The notes beneath the pieces are model-generated. The model saw only the letters and a program-made list of their open reading frames with translations. It did no database searches and was not told the DNA's origin. A stretch of DNA of 64,000 nucleotides, taken from Blepharisma stoltei ATCC 30299. Lineage: Eukaryota > Protista > Ciliophora. How positions within the stretch are numbered: position 1 is the first letter of the stretch; every line of letters begins with the position of its first letter. This document shows, in pieces, positions 56,747 through 64,000 of the stretch. The position numbers were made by a program, and so were the translations under genes. Location: assembly GCA_965603825.1 (NCBI GenBank), contig CBFDEM010000003.1, forward strand, positions 496,001 to 560,000, in the 5' to 3' direction.

Positions 56747-59700
56747 ATGGAATCTGAGCTCATTAAGCTGAAAAACCAAAAAGCCCGCTTAATGAGGCAG
56801 TCAATCTTAAACCAACAGGCTTATGAAGCTTTACTTGACGAGAAAAACAACCTTATTGACAAGATCGTAGATATGGAAAATCAAATTCCTGAGGATTTTG
56901 AAACAGAGCCTGATATTTTGGTAGAAGAAGAAGACCAGTTAGAAAAGCCAAAAACAATAGAAAATGATATGCTGAAAAACAGCTTGCTTTATCATGGAAC
57001 TGTTATACTTACCAGAGTCACTGCATTGCAAAGGTATTTTCAAGGATTTTTCGGTTCACATTCAAGCCCATCTCACCCAATTAATTTTGTGTCGGTACAA
57101 AACTGAGAATATGTAATTGTCTTGCCGAACCCTGATTTCCCTACTTTTTTAGGCAGATCTATCACCTTGTTTCAGGCTGAGAAATTATTTAAAAAATGCT
57201 TTAACCCTGAATACTCACAAAATATGGAAACTCTTAGAAATAACCAGCTGGTCGAGCTTTCTGCTTATAAAAAGTGCTTAGACTTAATCCCAGACGTTGG
57301 GAAAGATAAGCAGTTTAAGTATGGCGGAAGAATCAAGAAAACTCAATTTAATGCCTTCATGGACTTAGGAGGACCACCTAAAGACGTGCTGACTTTAATT
57401 AGAAATGTTCTGCTAGTCAAGCTAGGGATCCATTTGGGACTATATACAAGGCAAGTTATTAGTGAAAATGGCAAGTATATTTATTTATTGATTTATGCCC
57501 ATGAAAATGAGCTGCTTAAAGAAGCAGAAGCTATAGAATTTAATTTGCAGCTGGAAATAGGAGTAACAGACCTAGCGTCATTAGAGCCTTGTGATAAGTC
57601 GTATAGGCCGTACAGAGTTTTGACCTGCCCATCAGATATTAAGATGCTATTAAAAGGGCTGGACGAAGATTACAGCGAAATAATGAACTCTTTCAGATTT
57701 AATGAGTCAGAAGGCCAAGAATACGAGCCTAATGGGGTTACATCCCAAGATTGAGAGTCCTACAAAATGTATTTGTTTCAGCTACGGCAAGGCCTGGACG
57801 AGCTAAAAGAGGTCCAGCTGCCTTTTAACCAGCGAATGATGTACTACCAAAAACTAATCAGAAACTGCATGGATAATGTAAATGCTTCTAGATTTGACAA
57901 ATTTAAGCTAAAAAATCTATGAGACAGGCTAAAACTTCCTAAGCCAATTGGTGCTTATTGTGATTATAAACAAAAAATTGACCCTGTAACTGATGAAGAT
58001 AAGTACTCAAACTTGTGAAGAAGGCACAAAATTGATCAGAATGAAAGAAGATCAATTTTCAGGAACACAGACAGGCTAAAGCTACTGCAATCTCTTATCA
58101 GCCGACAAGTGAAATTGCAGTATTTACAACGTAAAGGAGCAATCATAGCTCATTTCCCACTTACTAATAAGTGAGAGCTAAATGGAAAAGAAAACCTGGC
58201 TAACATGACAGATGACCTAAATATGAACACAATTTTTTCACAAGTTTCTATAGGATATTTAAATGAGAGAAAAAAGCATGCTCAAGGACTAGCTAATATA
58301 TGGAAAGGAGATTTTTTTGGAAGGAGGATCCCTCTAGGCAAAATCCGTGGGTATTTTGGAGAAAAAATTGGGCTATATTTTGCATTTTTAGGGTTTTATA
58401 GTAACGCTTTAAAAATCCCAGGAATAATTGGGCTTGTGGTATTTATTTTTCAAAGGAGCTATCCAGATGACAGCAATTTTGTAACAGTCCTGAACGCATT
58501 TTACTGCATTTTTATAGCGACATGGGCAACTTGTTTATTAGAGTACTGGAGGAGAAAAGAAAATTGTTTAGCAATCAAGTGGGGGCAGATGGATTATGAA
58601 GAAGACGAGGTACCAAGATCACAGTTCAGAGGAGAAACTAGAAGGTCTCCAATTGATGACGATCTTGAAGAAGTCTTCTTTCCTGCAGGAAAGAGAAGAC
58701 TGTATCTTATGCTTACCTATTTCACGTCCTTGCTGTTTATTCTTCTAGTTCTTGGCATTGTTGCAGGGATAATTGTTTTGCGCTGGACTCTGACTGATTA
58801 TCTTTTATATTCTGGCTATGATTTTGCTGGGCCGGTATGCTCTGTTTTGAATGCTTTTCAGGTGCAGATTTTTAACTTTATATACGGGAAATTAGCAATT
58901 AAATTGAATGATAGAGAAAATCATAGGACTCAGAGCTCATATGAAAACTCATTAATTATAAAAACTTATACGTTTCAGTTCATCAATTCATTCAATTCTC
59001 TTTTTTACATAGCATTTTTAAAAACCAGCATGGAAGGCTGCATCGTTGATGACTCAAACGGCAAAAAAGTTAGAAAGGTCGGGGCTAACTGCATGGGCGA
59101 GCTTTACACCCAACTAATTTCACTATTTATCGTAGCCTTTTTGAAAAACGCTGTCGAGCTTGGCTGGCCTTATGTGCAATACAGAATGAAGAAAAATGAA
59201 TTTTACCTTGGAGAAGAAGAAAGAAAAAAGCTTCTTTCTTTGGTTTCCGCTGATGAATTTGGAGCGCTGAGAGATGAAATTGACATTCAAATCCAAAAAC
59301 CAGCATATATTACAAGAGAAGTTGATGGGACATTAGGAGATTATATGGAATTGGCTGTATTGTTCGGGTATATTACTCTATTTGCCGTCGCTTTTCCGCT
59401 GTCGTGCTCCCTTTCTTTACTGATGTGCTTATGTGAGCTGCAAGTCGATAAATATAAACTTTTGTATTTAGTAAGACGGCCACAGCCTATGGGGGCAAGA
59501 GGCATTGGAACCTGATGGGCAATTTTCAACATAAACTGCGTCATAGCTATTTTCACCAATGTAGCGCTCTTGTGCTTTACAATGCCTACTTTTGACGACT
59601 GGCAGGTTGCTAGTGATAATATTTATGCCACTTTTGCGGTTTTTTCTATATGCTTAATAGTCTTCCGGAGTTTTCTGCAAAAAGCTATTCCAGATATCCC

Positions 59701-59860
59701 AGAAAAATATCTTTATGTTTTTAAAAGACACCAAAACATAGAAGATAGGCATCTCAGAGGCTGGGAGTACAGCAAAGGCAAGGTTGCAGGGCAGATGGAA
59801 AGCGGAATTGACCCAAAAATCTACTGCACAGTTAAGCCTGAAAATATAATTGTATCATAA
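56747..59860 (+). CDS. Anoctamin/TMEM16 Ca2+-activated channel or scramblase, 1037 aa
   Basis: IRGYFGEKIGLYFAFL, EYWRRKE, RENHRTQSSYENSLIIK, FQFINSF, DYMELAVLFGYITLF, ELQVDKYKL, RRP, IGT[W]; four track ORFs in one frame joined by TGA. Confidence 0.95.
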
Positions 59861-59873
59861 TAGTTATTAAATT

Positions 59874-60296
59874 ATGAATTCTATAGAAAGCCATGAGCTA
59901 AATGTAATTCCTTATGACGAAGAAGAAGAGAAATACAGGAATTACCAAGAAATACACAAGGAACTGGCGTCTTTAAAAGAAATTGAAAAAGATGTAGGCG
60001 AACTTGTGGGTGATCAGCAGGAAATTATAAAAGAGGTTGAGAAAAACACCGATAAAGCGCATAAAGAAAGTGTAGAGGCAGGGAATGAGCTGAAAAAAGC
60101 AGCTGTAACACAGGCCAAAGGGTGAAAGTGGATGATTGGAGGTGGGATGATGACTATTGGAGGAGCACTAGGAGTTATTGGAGGACCGGTTGGGATTGGG
60201 ATAGGCTCAGCGTTAGGAGGAGCCCTTGGAGCTAAAATTGGTAGTTCTTTTGAAAAGAGACAGAAAAATGCGATTGATTCTATAAAATTTAACTAG
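59874..60296 (+). CDS. Minimal syntaxin-like Q-SNARE with a glycine-zipper hairpin anchor (STX17-like), 140 aa
   Basis: SNARE motif IHKELASLKEIEKDVGELVGDQQEIIKEVEKNTDKA...AGNELKKA, then G[W]KWMIGGGMMTIGGALGVIGGPVGIGIGSALGGALGAKIG and a basic tail; TAG at 60294-60296. Confidence 0.85.
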
Positions 60297-60540
60297 ATTT
60301 TGGTTTGAATTCAAAAGGCTTCAAATTTCTGCTGAGATTTTTTATGCTAGAGTTATCAAAAATTTCTAGTATAGGTGCATATATAAAGTAAGGCTAGTAC
60401 TATTCTTTAAAAACAACAAAAAATAAAGGCCGCAAGCTAAGATTTCATAAATTTCTCTTTGGTATTAATTTATAATAGATCATTTATTATTTAAATATCT
60501 AATCCAGCTCAATTTAAAGAAAATATTTGATCTAATTTTA

Positions 60541-61161
60541 TTAATCGCTACTTGTAAAACAGCAACAAATCTTCTTCTTAATTGTCCTTTTCTCTTCTAC
60601 AGCTGGTTGCTTTGCTACTGGAGTCTCAGGAGCTGTGAAACTAGTCTCGTCATCTAAATTGACGACAGGCTGCATCTTATCCCTTGATTTTTCGTCAAAC
60701 CTTTTTTCACACAATGCAAATCTCACAAAATTTGTCTCAATAACAGACTGCCCTGAGTCAAGAACTGGCATATCTGTCTTTGGCTTGCCTTTCTTATCAG
60801 CAAATCTTAATAAATATGCAGAAGGGTCTCGAGGAGCACTGTATTTTGCAGAGAAAAATTCTGACGCCCTTGTAATCACGTCAAAAACTCGGTCATTTTG
60901 AAAAACTTCTATTTCTTGCATGTAATGATCACCGTCGTTATATTGGCTTCAGTAGTGGATCACGACAGGGACTTTGTTAGGCTTTATTTGCATGCTTGTA
61001 TGGGATGGACCATCGCCACCAATCATTCTGCTCAGTTGGCTTGTGGCTGCTCGGCCTTTTTCTTCTTGTGCAAAGCTGCCGTGGTGAGAATTACCGGGAG
61101 AAGAGGGAGGAGAAACGCTGCGATTGTTTGGAATTAGAGGTTCTTGAAGTTGCTTAGACAT
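60541..61161 (-). CDS. SIN1 CRIM-like (ubiquitin-fold) domain protein with C-terminal KKKICCCF, 206 aa
   Basis: TGA at 60949 joins two in-frame ORFs; AYLLRFADKKGKPKTDMPVLD...FVRFALCE resembles the CRIM pattern Y.LriaeddGe.d.DfP.Ld...FaLve. Confidence 0.65.
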
Positions 61162-61658
61162 TTTTATCACCTATAAGACGATAAGTTTTTAATAAAATCC
61201 TTAGTATTTTGAATTAGAAAATTATAAGCTTATGATCTTCATTAGTATGATTTATTCCAATGATGATCTTATGAAAAGCTTTCAAAAGAAAACATTATTA
61301 GTGACATAATAATATATGCTATTTAAAATTAACTCCTGTATTTGTCCAGTAAGTCTATCTTGTTCTGCACTTTCTATCCAATCTATTTATCTTCCCTTCA
61401 TTATTTTTTCTTATCCTCATTTTCCTCCCTCTTAATTTTAAACTTGAATTTCATTTTCTCAAATATCCCAATCTTTCCTTCAAAATCTTAATTTTTAAAA
61501 TTAATAATAATAAAGATATCTTCAAAGATTTTTTAAAGTCCTCAAATTCCCTTCAAATTTCCGGCAGTTAAAAAGTATCCTTCGTATCCTCCTATTCAAA
61601 ATGTATCTCCTCAATGATCATAAAAGTTACTAAACTCCTTTCTATTATAATTATAATA

Positions 61659-62561
61659 ATGCATTTTGACACTGGCATTTTTCATAGGCCTGAAGACTCT
61701 TCATTTATAACTGCTCTATTTCCACATTTTTCAGATACTCTTTATGCATCTGCCGACGTCTACATTTCAATAAGGGCAAGAGAGCAAATTTCAAAAACAG
61801 TTGATTGTCTAGCGAACCACAGGATCACCCCGGACCGCAGATCTTGTATGGTAAACTGAATGATAGAAGTTTTGTCCCAATACGAAGCCTCACTTCAAAC
61901 ATTTTTCCGTGCCGTGAAAATCATGGACAAATTTTTTCAACTTTCGCCAAAGTCAATTTCTTCGTCAAAACTGCACATTATTGGGGTCACCTGCATGTTT
62001 ATTGCGTCTAAATTCGAAGATACAGACCCTTTAAGGCTGGCTATTGTAAGAGAAGAAATCGGGCATGGTAAATTTTCGAAGGAGGCCATTAAAAAGATGG
62101 AAAGAAAGATCGTGAGAGCTTTGGAGTTTGACGTGGCTGTTCCTAATTGTAATGAAGTTTTTGGGTATTTGAGTGAAATTGTAGAAGTCCAGCCTGCGGT
62201 GAAGAGGACTGCGGAAATGATTTTGGTGCTTTTACAAATTTATTATAACATGCAATTGCTACCATCACAAGAAGCTGTGGCAGCTTTTATAATTGCTGCA
62301 AAATCACTGAGGCAGGATGATGATGTCATTAAAAGGATTTTGCTTGTGTCAGGATATTCAGAGGATGAAGTTGTGGGGCTTGCTGATAGCATTTTTCGTG
62401 AATTATTACTTTTTCCGGATCATTATGGAAATTGTCAAAATGCAATGAGATTTTTTCAGTTTAATTTAATTTTAAGAGTGCCAGGCCCGCTGTTTGAGTT
62501 TTGGGATGCTGACCTCAGCAGAAATCAAGAACAATTGCTTGGACTTTTTAATAATAACTAA
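61659..62561 (+). CDS. A/B-type cyclin, 300 aa
   Basis: Cyclin box RRSCMVN[W]MIEV, TFFRAVKIMDKF, LHIIGVTCMFIASKFED, MERKIVRALEF. Confidence 0.92.
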
Positions 62562-62564
62562 ATT

Positions 62565-62578
62565 AAGGCGATTTGTAG
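62565..62578 (-). promoter_or_regulatory. Variant of the candidate motif (CTACAAATCGCCTT) in the cyclin-FEN1 spacer
   Basis: 13 of 14 bases match CTAAAAATCGCCTT at 39197-39210; about 130 bp upstream of the FEN1 ATG, in reverse orientation. Confidence 0.3.
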
Positions 62579-62705
62579 GTATATAATCAAATTTAACTTG
62601 AAAAATGTTAATTAAATGCAAATTAATTACCCTTAACCTTTAGACCATTTTTTTCTAAAATAATAATGCTTCCTTTTCTATAGGGGGCAATATTTGTAAT
62701 AAAAT

Positions 62706-64000
62706 ATGGGAATAAAGCAATTGATGAAGCTGATCAACGAAAAGGCACCATCAGCAGTAAGAAAAATCACCTTAGAACAGTACTCAGGCAAAGTTATAGC
62801 ATGTGACGCCTCTATGGCAATTTACCAATGTCTAATTGCTCCACTATTCAAGTCTCAATCAGGAATGCTATCTGATGAATCAGGAAATCCGACTTCTCAT
62901 TTAATGGGTCTTCTTAGCCGGACCATCCAATTGCTTGAGCATAATATCAAACCAATCTGAGTTTTTGATGGAAAAGCGCCTGAAGAAAAATCACAAGAAC
63001 TCACCAAAAGAAAGCTTTTAAAGAAAAAAAATCAAGATAAATTAAGAGAAGCCCAAGGAGAAATACTCCCTACAAAGACTCCTCGAGAGGACTCCCACAT
63101 CCCATATACACCTACAGAATCCCACATCCCAATGCCTAAATGTGCAGAAATTCCTATTTCCAACGAAAAAAATTGGAAAAACCGAAAAGAAAACCAAACC
63201 CACCAAAGGAGAAAATTCAAGAAAAAAGTCGACGATATTGAGACTGAGCTTCGGCTAAAAATATCCTCCTTACTAGGATATGAAATCCCTATTATAGAGT
63301 CAGAAGATTATTTATGCAAAGGAGAAAGTGACGAAGAAGAAGTTGGGTTAATGAGAGAAATCGACGCTATGGTCGGATATCTCAGCAAAAATAAATATTC
63401 TGATATAGAAGAAGTCAAAAAAATCGCAAGAAGGACTGTACATATTACTAAAGAAATGGTTGACGACGCAAAGAAATTACTGCATCTTATGGGAGTGCCG
63501 GTTATTGAAGCTCCTGGAGAAGCAGAAGCACAGTGCGCAGAATTAGTGAAAAACTCAAGGGCTTATGCAGTTTTAACTGAAGATATGGATACTTTGGCCT
63601 TCGGAGCAAATATTATGGTGAGAGGAATGGGCAGTAAAAATGAGCCAATGGTAGAAATTACTTTGGAAAATATTTTGAGGGATTTTCAAATGAAATTGGA
63701 GACTTTTATTGATTTATGTATTTTATTAGGCTGTGATTATACTTCTACAATTGAAGGAATTGGGCATAAAAGGGCTTTTGCGTTATTGCAAGAGTGCTCG
63801 AGTATTGAAAATGTTATTAATGTGGCAGATAAAGGAAGCAAAGGAAATTTTAAAGTGCCTTCAGATTTTGATTATAATAAAGCGAGAAATTTGTTTTTGC
63901 ATCCTGTAGTGAGTGAGCCTGATCAGCTAGATTTAAATTGAGAAGTACCGAATGAAGGAGATTTAAGAGATTTCTTAATGGTTCAAAAAGATTTTGGGAA
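62706..64000 (+). CDS. FEN1: Flap endonuclease 1 homolog with a ~110-aa insertion (continues beyond the window)
   Basis: MGIKQLMKLI, ACDASMAIYQ, GNPTSHLMG, KPI[W]VFDGKAP, APGEAEAQCA, TEDMDTL, FIDLCILLGCDY, GIG; LN[W]EVPNE continues past 63941. Confidence 0.9.

Noticed and set aside
18884-64000. Many in-frame TGA codons as pseudogenes, selenocysteine or Euplotes-type Cys
   Set aside because: They align with conserved Trp and with TGG in paralogs, and frames stay open on both sides.
1-64000. Mycoplasma or mitochondrial origin (both use UGA=Trp)
   Set aside because: The genes are nuclear eukaryotic: cyclin, ArfGAP, SNARE, RBR ligase, anoctamin, SLC25 carriers.
1-64000. Tiny 15-16-nt introns, telomeric repeats, tRNA/rRNA genes, transposase ORFs
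   Set aside because: None was recognised. No gene needed an intron to stay in frame, although stop-free 15-nt introns cannot be excluded without RNA data.

Overview
AT-rich, gene-dense, apparently intron-less eukaryotic DNA in a non-standard nuclear code: TGA = Trp, TAA/TAG = stop. This code, the very short intergenic spacers and the ciliate-type gene families point to a heterotrich ciliate of the Blepharisma type (inference). The supplied ORF track used the wrong code, so it splits most genes, misses some, and reports antisense shadows. Re-read with TGA=W, the window holds about 31 genes. Main observations: (1) a single 1014-aa ORF fusing an otubain-type OTU deubiquitinase to several RING-like fingers and an RBR E3 ligase; (2) an 88-bp, ~17% GC insert bounded by ATTAA direct repeats that interrupts a 2052-aa gene and looks like a retained germline IES; (3) a >2500-aa N-acylated Kelch-like protein with AHNAK/Nopp140-like repeats and a short divergently oriented paralog; (4) a secreted hyper-acidic protein with 8 copies of an unrecognised domain; (5) apparent pseudoenzymes (pantothenate kinase, one MAG lipase); (6) minimal TTP-like, STX17-like and SIN1-CRIM-like proteins; (7) a FEN1 with a ~110-aa insert; (8) a shared 13-14-bp intergenic motif. 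All product calls come from motif recognition by eye; no database searches were run.
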